Assembly (NCBI GenBank): GCA_043798915.1
Contig: JAZDOG010000031.1
Span: forward strand, 1 to 28,333
Direction: 5' to 3'
DNA: 28,333 bases
DNA from: Pseudomonadota bacterium
GTDB taxonomy: Bacteria; UBA10199; 2-02-FULL-44-16; JAAZCA01
The notes under the pieces were generated by a model. That model did no database searches. It saw only the letters and a program-made list of their open reading frames with translations, and had not been told where the DNA came from. Numbering within the stretch: the first letter of the stretch is position 1; the number at the start of each line of letters is the position of its first letter. The position numbers were made by a program, and so were the translations under genes. Of this stretch, positions 1 through 7,957 are shown piece after piece.

Positions 1-2
1 AG

Positions 3-401
3 GCGCGAATCCTCGTTGTCGATCGTTCTGAGCTGGCGGGCAACATATACAGGCTCCTGCTTGCGCCTCTCGGCGTGACGCCGCTGGTCTGCAAGCGCTT
101 CGAGGAGGCGAGGCCCCATTTTTTCAGGCGCGAAGGCGTGCGGCTCGCCATCTTCAACTCCAACATGTTCGGGAAGAAGTTTGACGATATAGTGCAGCGC
201 ATCGTCGAGGAGCCGCCGACAAGGAAAGCGAAAAAAATATTCATATGCAGGGAGGGGGAAGCGGAAGGGGAGTGGCGGAAAAAGCTGGCCGGGCTATCGG
301 GTTCTCATGTCGTGATCAGGCCCTTTCATCCCGACGAGTTCGCCGCGCTGGTCAGAAAGGTGGCTGGCATCGGCGGGGAGGTTTCAGATGAAGAGCGATA
401 G
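3..401 (+). CDS. Atypical (pseudo-)receiver domain protein, 5'-partial
   Basis: Frame is open from base 3: ARILVVDRSELAGNIYRLLL...RLAIFNSNM...KIFIC...VVIRPFHPDEF. This follows the REC beta/alpha pattern, with N at the phospho-Asp position and RP in place of KP. Confidence 0.65.
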   Translation, partial: ARILVVDRSELAGNIYRLLLAPLGVTPLVCKRFEEARPHFFRREGVRLAIFNSNMFGKKFDDIVQRIVEEPPTRKAKKIFICREGEAEGEWRKKLAGLSGSHVVIRPFHPDEFAALVRKVAGIGGEVSDEER

Positions 402-720
402 GGAGAGACGGATACACAGCAGGCGGGAGTACAGGACGAAGGTCGTCTTCGAAGACGAATTCGGCGACGGGCTCTTCTACGTCTATTCGGAGGACTTGAG
501 CATGGGCGGTATATTTCTCGCCTCCGACATACCTGCAAAAGTCGGCAGCCTTCTCTTCCTTTCGTTTCAACTCCCGGAGCACAAGCGGCCGGTGCGCGCC
601 ACGGCAGAGGTCGTGCGCCGCACCGCCGGCGAAGGGCCGAAATCGTCCGGCATGGGCGTGCGCTTCGCAGGGCTATCCGATGTCGCGCGAAAGAGATTGG
701 AAGAATTTCTTTCAGAGTGA
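388..720 (+). CDS. PilZ domain protein (c-di-GMP binding)
   Basis: RxxxR (RIHSR) and D/NxSxxG (EDLSMGG) motifs, C-terminal GMGVRF; GGAGG Shine-Dalgarno (SD) upstream. Confidence 0.85.
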   Translation: MKSDRERRIHSRREYRTKVVFEDEFGDGLFYVYSEDLSMGGIFLASDIPAKVGSLLFLSFQLPEHKRPVRATAEVVRRTAGEGPKSSGMGVRFAGLSDVARKRLEEFLSE

Positions 721-727
721 TTCAGGG

Positions 728-1123
728 TTATTCGACCAGCGCCTTTGCCATTTTCACGAATTCATGTGCGCTGGCAATGATCTCAGCAGTCTCTTCCCGG
801 CTGAAAATTCTTAAATGGGTATAGTCTGCTTCTATTCGGGCTTTTTCGATTCTGGCAAATTGGCGCTGGTGCTTCTTGTCGACCGTTCCAGGCTTGATGT
901 AATGGAGGCTGAAAAGCCTGATCGCGCCTGCATGGCTCTGTGGAATGACATCCTTCTTAACGAGGCAGGCTGTTGCCGCATCAAGTATGGCATAATAAGC
1001 GCGTGACACGGCATCTTCATAATTTCCAATATCCAGCAGCGTTTCTGCAGATTTGAGGCGCTGCTCCGCTTTCCTGATGTGAACTTCGATCAAATTCTTC
1101 GCATTGTTCGCTTTGAAATTCAT
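728..1123 (-). CDS. HEPN domain protein (UPF0332-like), toxin of MNT-HEPN pair
   Basis: AVSRAYYA, SHAG and RIEADY motifs; ATGA overlap with the upstream MNT gene. Confidence 0.85.
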   Translation of the reverse strand: MNFKANNAKNLIEVHIRKAEQRLKSAETLLDIGNYEDAVSRAYYAILDAATACLVKKDVIPQSHAGAIRLFSLHYIKPGTVDKKHQRQFARIEKARIEADYTHLRIFSREETAEIIASAHEFVKMAKALVE

Positions 1124-1458
1124 AGCTGAATACCGTCACGTTCGACGTTCAAGGCGAACGGGAACTGGCCTTCCTTGGCCTTGCCCCAGTCGGATGAGGT
1201 CATTGTGACTGTTTCGATAAAGACACCAGATTCGTCCAGGATATCACATACGATGTCGATCACGGCTTCATCGATAGCGCCGGTCCGCTTCTTGACGAGA
1301 ATGAGAACATCTACATCGGATTCTTTATGCGAAGAGCCGCGCGCCTTGGAACCGTAAAGACGGATTCCTTCAATCTCGCGGGGGAAACGGTCGCGAAGTC
1401 TTGCCGTAAATTGCGCGACGGCGGAGCGCTCTTCTTTGGATAACCCTCCAATTTTCAT
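1120..1458 (-). CDS. Minimal nucleotidyltransferase (MNT) antitoxin
   Basis: LYGSKARG...ESDVDVLI (GS-x10-DxD). Start at ATG 1458 (MKIGG) preferred over the track start at 1494. Confidence 0.85.
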   Translation of the reverse strand: MKIGGLSKEERSAVAQFTARLRDRFPREIEGIRLYGSKARGSSHKESDVDVLILVKKRTGAIDEAVIDIVCDILDESGVFIETVTMTSSDWGKAKEGQFPFALNVERDGIQL

Positions 1459-1497
1459 GGCTTTAAAATTATCACAGCGAGTCTGTATGGACAAGCC

Positions 1498-2235
1498 CTA
1501 TTCCACTTCAACTCCGAACGCCTCTTTCCATGGAAAGCGGTCGCCTTTGACTGGCGTCCAGAAGGGGCGGCCTGCGGTACGCCATGGGTCGATCGCCAGC
1601 CCCTCTTTGAAGGGCCTGTCCTTCGCGGTGATGACGAGCGCGTTGTTCTCGCGGAAATCTTTGTCCCATGCGACGCCGCGGCGGATGTCGAAGCGCTGCC
1701 ATTCCCGCGATGAGAGCGCCTTGCGCAGCTCGTCCACGTAATGCCAGCAGAAGCCCTTCTGTTTTGCCCCGATGTTGATGAGGAAGTTGTTGAAGAGGGC
1801 GGAGTTGCCGATCTTCCACTTCTGCGAGAGGGTGTAGAGCGTTTCGATCACGGTCTTCGCGATAGCGTCGGCCTCCGCTGCGTTTTCCAAAGACGGTTCG
1901 CTGCCGGGCAGTCCGATGATATCTTTTTTGAGTGCGACGACCTGCTCCCAGAACGAGATCTCTTTTTTGAGATTGTTATAGGGCTTTGCCGCGGAGCGCT
2001 CTTTGCCCGCAAGCCTCACCCTGGAATTTTTGGAGTGTTCCTCAAGGCGGATCAGGTCGACCGACAAGCCCAGCTCCTCGATCCTCGATCTGCAGCCGGA
2101 GAGCACGTCCTCCGCCGCAGCTGCCCTGTCGCTGTCCGATATCGAATATGGAGGAAGGCGATATGAGTGGGCTGTGAGGCTTGCCGACACGATCAAGATC
2201 GACGCTGCAATGATTGATGCAAAACGGATGGTCAT
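1498..2235 (-). CDS. Exported hypothetical protein, possible transglutaminase/papain-like fold
   Basis: Signal peptide MTIRFASIIAASILIVSASLTA; motifs KGFCWHY, RENNALVIT, AIDPWR. Confidence 0.6.
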   Translation of the reverse strand: MTIRFASIIAASILIVSASLTAHSYRLPPYSISDSDRAAAAEDVLSGCRSRIEELGLSVDLIRLEEHSKNSRVRLAGKERSAAKPYNNLKKEISFWEQVVALKKDIIGLPGSEPSLENAAEADAIAKTVIETLYTLSQKWKIGNSALFNNFLINIGAKQKGFCWHYVDELRKALSSREWQRFDIRRGVAWDKDFRENNALVITAKDRPFKEGLAIDPWRTAGRPFWTPVKGDRFPWKEAFGVEVE

Positions 2236-2247
2236 CTCGGAGTTGTT

Positions 2248-2697
2248 CTATCTGCACTTGCGCTCGCGGCTGCCGAGTCTCTTTTCCAGCGCCTCGATCT
2301 TTTTCCTGAGCGATTCGATCTCGGCCTGGACGGTGGGGATGCTCTGGATATTCTCGACGGCCGGCCTCACCTTGTCGTCTACGAACTCCCTCACGTGGCC
2401 GATCTCTCTTGCGCCCAGGGTTACGAGATCGCGCAGCGCCTCGCCGCCGCCCTGGATGATCTGCCGGAACGTCCCCATCGGGAGCACATGCGTTTTCTTC
2501 TTCTGCTCTTCGAAGATGATCTGCGCAAGGGTGACGCCGGTCAGGTCCTCTTTCGTGGTGTTGTCTACGATCTGGACCTCCTCGCCCTGTTTTATCATGT
2601 CGCTGATGTCCTCCAGCGTGACGTAGCAGGAGTCGGAGGTGTCGTATAGCTTCCGGTTCTGGTAGCGCTTGATTATCTTGGGGTGCTTTTGGGACAT
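2248..2697 (-). CDS. PHA synthesis regulator-like DNA-binding protein (PhaR N-terminal domain) with coiled-coil tail
   Basis: IIKRYQNRKLYDT..SCYVTLEDI...VDNTTKEDLT..TLAQII matches the PhaR/AniA N-terminal signature. Confidence 0.85.
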   Translation of the reverse strand: MSQKHPKIIKRYQNRKLYDTSDSCYVTLEDISDMIKQGEEVQIVDNTTKEDLTGVTLAQIIFEEQKKKTHVLPMGTFRQIIQGGGEALRDLVTLGAREIGHVREFVDDKVRPAVENIQSIPTVQAEIESLRKKIEALEKRLGSRERKCR

Positions 2698-2730
2698 TTT
2701 TCCCCCGCGTGATCGGCTTGGAGCGACCTG

Positions 2731-3132
2731 TTATCGTGCCCTGGCCCTCGATCTGGAGCTGTGCTTCGCACGCACGGGCTTTCTGGCGGGGGCCTTTTTG
2801 TGCGCGGCCTCATCCGCCTCGCCTCGCATCTCTCTCTCTATTGCGGTGAGGATCGGCTTTGCAAACCCGCTGGCTGCGCGCTTGATGTCTGACACGCTCG
2901 CCAGACCCTTCGAGAGATCGTCGGCGACGGCGATCGCCTTCTGAAAGAAGCAAAGGAGATTTGGCCTCGATGATTCCGGAATGGAGTTTTCCACGTACTC
3001 CTTGCAGAACGAGAGCGCCCCATGCGCCGCCAGCAGAAGCTCCCTGCCGGCTGCCATGATGTGATCTTTCGTCTCGTCCATGTCGGCCGGCCGAACATGG
3101 TGGCAGTGCCGATGCTTTGCGCAGCTCTTCAT
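2731..3132 (-). CDS. Hypothetical helical protein with Cys/His-rich N-terminus and basic KKAPARK tail
   Basis: AGGAGG SD before ATG 3132; ATGA overlap with the small upstream ORF. Confidence 0.65.
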   Translation of the reverse strand: MKSCAKHRHCHHVRPADMDETKDHIMAAGRELLLAAHGALSFCKEYVENSIPESSRPNLLCFFQKAIAVADDLSKGLASVSDIKRAASGFAKPILTAIEREMRGEADEAAHKKAPARKPVRAKHSSRSRARAR

Positions 3133-3254
3133 CTCTTTTTCCTCCTGAATATCCTCTTCTCCTCGCGCGCCACCACGATGACGGCTGCGATGAGCAGGGT
3201 TACCAGCAGTTCCTTGAGGCCGAAGTTTGTGAAGAATTCGCTCCAGTATGGCAT
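3129..3254 (-). CDS. 41-aa single-pass membrane peptide (not in ORF track)
   Basis: Manual translation: MPYWSEFFTNFGLKELLVTLLIAAVIVVAREEKRIFRRKKR*. It fills the gap between neighbours and its stop overlaps the next ATG. Confidence 0.6.
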   Translation of the reverse strand: MPYWSEFFTNFGLKELLVTLLIAAVIVVAREEKRIFRRKKR

Positions 3255-3286
3255 GAAACCTGACTAGCAAAAAGGGCAATTGATGT

Positions 3287-3724
3287 CTAGGAGTCCCTTT
3301 TCCCGTTTCCCCCCGAGAAGAAATTCACAGGCTCGGTGTCGCGGTCCTTCCGGTGGAACCAGATCAGAATGACATTCACGTGGGCGATGAGCGCCAGAAG
3401 GGCCGCGGAGATGGCCAGCGGCGTGAGGCTGGGGAGGATGAGGAGCCATGCCCCGGCCAGCGCCAGGATGTAGGAGGTGGGCACCAGCGCCTTCTTGAAC
3501 TGCAGTTCGATTCCGGAGCAGCGCGGCACGCCGCTGTACCAGCGGCGGCTGGCGCAAAACCTGATGAAGGCATATTCGAAGATGGCGAAGGCGGCCAGGG
3601 CGGCTGAAAGCGTGCCCGGACCCCGCGCCAGCAGGCGCACGACCCCTGCGGCGAAGAGAGGAATGCCCGCCGCCTCCATGATGAGGACCATTCTGCTCGC
3701 GCGGTTGAAGAAAAATGAAATCAT
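3287..3724 (-). CDS. Small integral membrane protein (about 4 TM)
   Basis: Four hydrophobic stretches; ATG 3724 overlaps the upstream stop (ATGA). Confidence 0.65.
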   Translation of the reverse strand: MISFFFNRASRMVLIMEAAGIPLFAAGVVRLLARGPGTLSAALAAFAIFEYAFIRFCASRRWYSGVPRCSGIELQFKKALVPTSYILALAGAWLLILPSLTPLAISAALLALIAHVNVILIWFHRKDRDTEPVNFFSGGNGKRDS

Positions 3725-5718
3725 AGTTTGCGGCATTCGCTCGATCCTGCATCTGCGCATTGCGACAGGATCGCCGAGATATCCTCCATCCTGTGCTGCG
3801 CCTCCAGTGCCCACTTTAGCGTGCGGCGCACGATCTCGATATGGTCGTCGAGATATTCTTTCGACACCACCTTCGGGGCCTTGCTGTCGGCCTTCTGTTT
3901 TTCGAGGGCGGCGAGGAGCGCGCGCAGCTTCAATGTGATCTTCCCGCGGCGGGCTGATTCCTGCGCTGCAGGGGGGCGGAGCCTGGGGAAGTCGTCCGGC
4001 TTCACGATGGCATGCACATACTTCGTCACAAAATCGCCCACGCCGATCATCTTGATGAGAGGCGGCCGACCGTCAAAAAGATGCTCCAGCGCGGCGATCT
4101 TCTGCCAGCCGGCATCTTCGTGCTTTGCCGGAGCGAACGGGTCCACGCCGTCGTGGTTTTCGCCCGGGACGTTAAGCCCAAACCACTCGAGCAGGAGTGG
4201 ATAGATGTCGACGGGGCGCGCTGCGCCAAACGTACCCCGCGGCACGTCCGGCCCGGAGATGAGGAGCGGAACGCGCATGTCGTCTTCGGCCGCGCCTCCG
4301 TGGTTGCCCGCCTTCATCTTTCTGAAGCCCCATCTGCCGCGCGTCGTGATGAATGCGTCCCCGGCCCTGCCGTCGTGGAATATCTGCGAGAGCCCTGTCA
4401 CGGCGTCCGGATAATGCCCGCCCGCCGTAGCGTTGAGCCATTGCCGCGTTGGGTGGGGTTCGCCGTCGAGGAGGCCCTTGAGCGACGGATCCGAGGAGTA
4501 ATCCAGAGGATCGCCGCTCTTCCTGTCGAAGGAATAGCTGCAATAGTCTGTCGCATCGAGCGCGTAGCATGCAACGTCGGCGCGTTTTCCGTCCCGGTTG
4601 AATATCCGGGCCCTGCGCTCGCCCGCCCGGACGATCAGGAGGTCGGTCGCGGGCAGATTGAGGATCAGGTCGATGAGGTCGACGGTGCCGCCGCCAATTC
4701 TGGGGCATTTGCGCAGGATCTCAGGGTTGGTGAGCGGCGCGAAACCGCCGTCGTGTCTGACATAGATGTGCGATGAGACCACCCCGCGATTTGCGGCGTA
4801 GAGCGTGTAGTCCTTGGCTCGCGGATCCTTTGGTTTCACCGCGACGCCTCCTTCCTCGAGCGATTTCTGGAACTCGAAGATGTCGCCGCTCTCATGCATG
4901 CCGTGGTCCGCCGACACGATTATGTACGTCTTGTCCGCGATGCCGCGCTTTTCGAGGAGCGCCAGGAAATCCTTAAGAAAGAGGTCGAATCCGACGAGGG
5001 AATCCTGCACCTCGGGGCTGTCGGGGCCGAAGTGGTGGCCAAGGATATCGGGCGAGTAGAGGCCCACGAGCGAGTAGCGCGGGATATTTTCTTCGCGGCC
5101 CTTGAAGAGCGTCATCACCTTCTTCATCGCGAGGATGTTCACATGCTCTATGTTTCCGGTCACGTAGGTGGCCCACAGCGCCCCGATTGGGGCGCTTTTC
5201 GGAGACGCGTACGTCGCGCCCCGCTGAAACGACGAGTAGATCGCGGCTGTGGGATGGCCCTTGAGGAGTTCGAATATCGCCGTGGGCGGATCGATCTCCG
5301 CGACATCGGGGTTTGTCAGGGCGCGGAGGTTGATGAGGTCGCTGTTGACCTTGGCGTGCCCGCCGACGGTCAGGTAGCCGATCACCTTTTCCTTCTGCCT
5401 GTCGAAGCGCTCGAGATGGGGTATCCCGGAATTTCCCGGGAGAAGGCCCGTGGCATAGCTCTGGTAGACGGTCGTGGATGTCGACGGAAAGCTCGATAGC
5501 GCGTGGGTGAAGCTGGCCCCTCCATCGATGAACTGGTTCTTGACCGTGGGCAGCTTCCCTTCGTTCAAGGCGCGATCGAAGGCCTTGAGGTTCGTGCCGT
5601 CGAGGATGAAGTGGATGACATAGACATCGCGAATCTCTGCCGCCTGCGCCCGGAGAGAGAGACAGCAGAAGGCGGCAAAGACAACTGCCACGAACAATGT
5701 GCGGCGACCCATTTGCAT
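3721..5718 (-). CDS. Exported alkaline phosphatase superfamily enzyme (nucleotide pyrophosphatase/phosphodiesterase-like) with helical C-terminal extension
   Basis: ILDG, FPSTST (nucleophile region), PDILGHHFG, SADHGM and GNHGG metal ligands; signal peptide ending AQA. Start uncertain (5712/5718/5757). Confidence 0.8.
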   Translation of the reverse strand: MQMGRRTLFVAVVFAAFCCLSLRAQAAEIRDVYVIHFILDGTNLKAFDRALNEGKLPTVKNQFIDGGASFTHALSSFPSTSTTVYQSYATGLLPGNSGIPHLERFDRQKEKVIGYLTVGGHAKVNSDLINLRALTNPDVAEIDPPTAIFELLKGHPTAAIYSSFQRGATYASPKSAPIGALWATYVTGNIEHVNILAMKKVMTLFKGREENIPRYSLVGLYSPDILGHHFGPDSPEVQDSLVGFDLFLKDFLALLEKRGIADKTYIIVSADHGMHESGDIFEFQKSLEEGGVAVKPKDPRAKDYTLYAANRGVVSSHIYVRHDGGFAPLTNPEILRKCPRIGGGTVDLIDLILNLPATDLLIVRAGERRARIFNRDGKRADVACYALDATDYCSYSFDRKSGDPLDYSSDPSLKGLLDGEPHPTRQWLNATAGGHYPDAVTGLSQIFHDGRAGDAFITTRGRWGFRKMKAGNHGGAAEDDMRVPLLISGPDVPRGTFGAARPVDIYPLLLEWFGLNVPGENHDGVDPFAPAKHEDAGWQKIAALEHLFDGRPPLIKMIGVGDFVTKYVHAIVKPDDFPRLRPPAAQESARRGKITLKLRALLAALEKQKADSKAPKVVSKEYLDDHIEIVRRTLKWALEAQHRMEDISAILSQCADAGSSECRKL

Positions 5719-5763
5719 AAGGCCGGCACAACTAACACCCCAGCCCGAACGCGTCAATCGGCG

Positions 5764-7257
5764 TTAGGTGAATTTCGCCAGCGCCTTTCGCACGTTGCCG
5801 GTGGCAAAGGCCTCTTCGAGAAACTCCACCGCGTCGATGCCGCATTGGGACAGGTACGCTTCGATGGCGGAGGAGAGGGGGGCGTCTGCTCCTACGCTCA
5901 AGCCGCGCTCCTTTGCCAGCAGGCGCTTGACGATGTTGATCTTCGATTTCAGCGCGGCCTCTCCGGCGAAGCGCGCACCGGCGAGCGCCGTGCCGGGCTT
6001 CGGCACGAAGGGCGAGATCGTGAGATCGACTGACGCGGCCCGCGCAGCCTTCGGGGCGTGCGCGGCGATCGTGGCTGAAATCTTGAGGGAGAGCCTTGCG
6101 ATCGCCTCGATGTCCGCTTCCGTTTCATTCGGAAACCCGATCATGAAATAGAGCCTGATCCGGGCGATCCCGCGGCGCGCGAGCGTTGCAACGGCCTCGA
6201 TCAGGCGCTCGTCCGGCAATCCCTTCCCGATGGCATCGCGCAGCTTTTCGCTGCCGGCCTCGATGCCCAGCGACACGGAGCGATGCCCCGACTCGGCGAG
6301 CAGCCCGGCGCGCTCATCGTCGATATCGGCGGCCCTGACCGACGAGGGCGAGAATGTTGCCCCGCGCGCGTGGATAGCGCGCGCTATCTCCACGAAATCG
6401 GGGTGCGAGAGGATGTGCGCCCCGATGAGACCGAATTTCTTTCTGAACTTCAGACCTTCATCGACCATCGACATCACACAATCGAATCCCCTGTGCCGAG
6501 CCGGGCGATATAAGCCGGGCGTGGCGCAGAAGGCGCAGCCGAATGGGCAGCCGCGGGCGATCTCGATCAGATGCATCCCACTGAACTCGGCCTCGCGGCT
6601 GTGGATCACCGTCTGAGTCCGCCAGGCGTCGAGGTTTTTGAGATGCCGCCGCTTTACCTTTGTTTCCTTTGAAACCGACGGCACGAATATGCCGTCCATC
6701 CTGTTCAGCTCTGCGAGCATTTCGGCCTTCGGAAGCCCCGAGGCCAAGAGCGGGACGAGGTCATCCGCATAGCTTTCCGCTTCGCCGCAGACGATCGCGT
6801 CGAATATCAGCGATGTCGCGGCCGGGTTGAGCGTCGGGGCTGCGCCGCCGGCTATCAGGAGCGGAGAGTCCTCTTTGCGGTCGGCGGCCCTGTGCGGGAT
6901 GCGCGCGAGGTCTAGGATCGGCAGGAGGTTCAGATAATCGTTTTCGAACGAGATCGAGAAAGCGATGGCGTCAAATTCGGCGAGCGGACGCTGTGATTCA
7001 AGCGCGAGGATCGGCGTGTCCGTCCGCCTGTGCTCAGCGATCTCCGCTTTTGAAGGGAGGAAGGCTCGCTCGCAGGCGATCTCCTCCCGTTCATTGAGCA
7101 TGCCGTAGAGCGTATGGACCGCGAGGTTTCCCATGCCGACGGCATAGGTGTTCGGATAGACGAGCGCGACGGACCGCTTCCCGCCCCAATCCTTGACGAT
7201 CGCGCCGTCCTCGGAAGCAAGCCTTTCGCGAAGGCGTATTTTGAGATTCCATGACAT
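5764..7257 (-). CDS. Radical SAM protein with B12-binding-like N-terminal domain
   Basis: CPFGCAFC (CxxxCxxC), YPNTYAVGMGNL, GIEAGSEKLR, LYFMIGFPNET, PFVPKPGT. Confidence 0.85.
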   Translation of the reverse strand: MSWNLKIRLRERLASEDGAIVKDWGGKRSVALVYPNTYAVGMGNLAVHTLYGMLNEREEIACERAFLPSKAEIAEHRRTDTPILALESQRPLAEFDAIAFSISFENDYLNLLPILDLARIPHRAADRKEDSPLLIAGGAAPTLNPAATSLIFDAIVCGEAESYADDLVPLLASGLPKAEMLAELNRMDGIFVPSVSKETKVKRRHLKNLDAWRTQTVIHSREAEFSGMHLIEIARGCPFGCAFCATPGLYRPARHRGFDCVMSMVDEGLKFRKKFGLIGAHILSHPDFVEIARAIHARGATFSPSSVRAADIDDERAGLLAESGHRSVSLGIEAGSEKLRDAIGKGLPDERLIEAVATLARRGIARIRLYFMIGFPNETEADIEAIARLSLKISATIAAHAPKAARAASVDLTISPFVPKPGTALAGARFAGEAALKSKINIVKRLLAKERGLSVGADAPLSSAIEAYLSQCGIDAVEFLEEAFATGNVRKALAKFT

Positions 7258-7262
7258 GTTTA

Positions 7263-7365
7263 TTATAATCCCCTCCTTTGTAAGGAGGGGCCAGGGGAGG
7301 TAGATCGTTTTGCATCACGGATCTACCCCTCCCGTCCTCCCCTTACAAAGGGGAGGAGTTTATAA
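7263..7365. repeat. Inverted pair of REP-like hairpins (REPIN/MITE-like)
   Basis: Arms 7269-7306 and 7320-7357 are imperfect reverse complements. Each has an internal hairpin (CCCCTCCTT-TGT-AAGGAGGGG; TCCTCCCCTT-ACA-AAGGGGAGGA). TTATAA sits at both ends. Confidence 0.8.
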
Positions 7366-7437
7366 GAGACCACAAGGAGTTGGGCCTTGCAATGGCATTG
7401 ACCAAGCTGATAGCAGTTTTGTGGGAGGTTTTAAGGC

Positions 7438-7950
7438 ATGCCGTTGCTTCCGTGGGGCAAGAGGCGAGAGGCGGTGAGGAGGGCTGAGGAGATGCTCCGC
7501 GAGTGCTCCGAGCAGCTTATCCTCGGCGAGAAGGTGCTGGGAAAGGGCGGAAAGGACTGGGTCGCAAAGCGCTCCTGGGACGGGGATCCCTCCGAGATGC
7601 GCCGCATCATCTATTACGCCGCGCTCACCTCAAGCGGAAAGAATGTGGAAGCGGCGCACTTCCCCCCGCGCTTCAAGCAGGACCACGAGGCCTATACCAG
7701 GGCGCAGTTCGAAGGCCTCGCGCTCGAGGAGGTCGTGCGGCACAAGATCGCGCATTTTTTTGGCAAGCTGGGCGAGGTGGAGATGAGGGATGTCCGCGCC
7801 GCGGTCCTGGCTCAGGTCGAAAGGCCGCTGATCGCGGAATGCGTGAAGTGGGCTGGCGGCAACCAGCTCAAAGCTGCGAGGGTCTTGGGGCTCGACCGCA
7901 ACACGTTGAGAAAGCGGATGCGCGAGCTGAAGATCAATAATGAGAGGTGA
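7438..7950 (+). CDS. Fis-type HTH protein with remnant of a sigma54-activator AAA+ lid
   Basis: C-terminal VERPLIAECVKWAGGNQLKAARVLGLDRNTLRKRM (HTH_8). SWDGDPSEMRRII...HFP resembles WPGNVREL...DLP. GGAGG SD. Confidence 0.8.
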   Translation: MPLLPWGKRREAVRRAEEMLRECSEQLILGEKVLGKGGKDWVAKRSWDGDPSEMRRIIYYAALTSSGKNVEAAHFPPRFKQDHEAYTRAQFEGLALEEVVRHKIAHFFGKLGEVEMRDVRAAVLAQVERPLIAECVKWAGGNQLKAARVLGLDRNTLRKRMRELKINNER

Positions 7951-7957
7951 GGGTTCG

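Noticed and set aside
7393..7408. TGGCATTGACCAAGCT as a fourth sigma54 promoter before the Fis-like gene
   Set aside because: GG-N10-GC spacing fits, but the -12 box is AAGC rather than TTGC; too weak to call.
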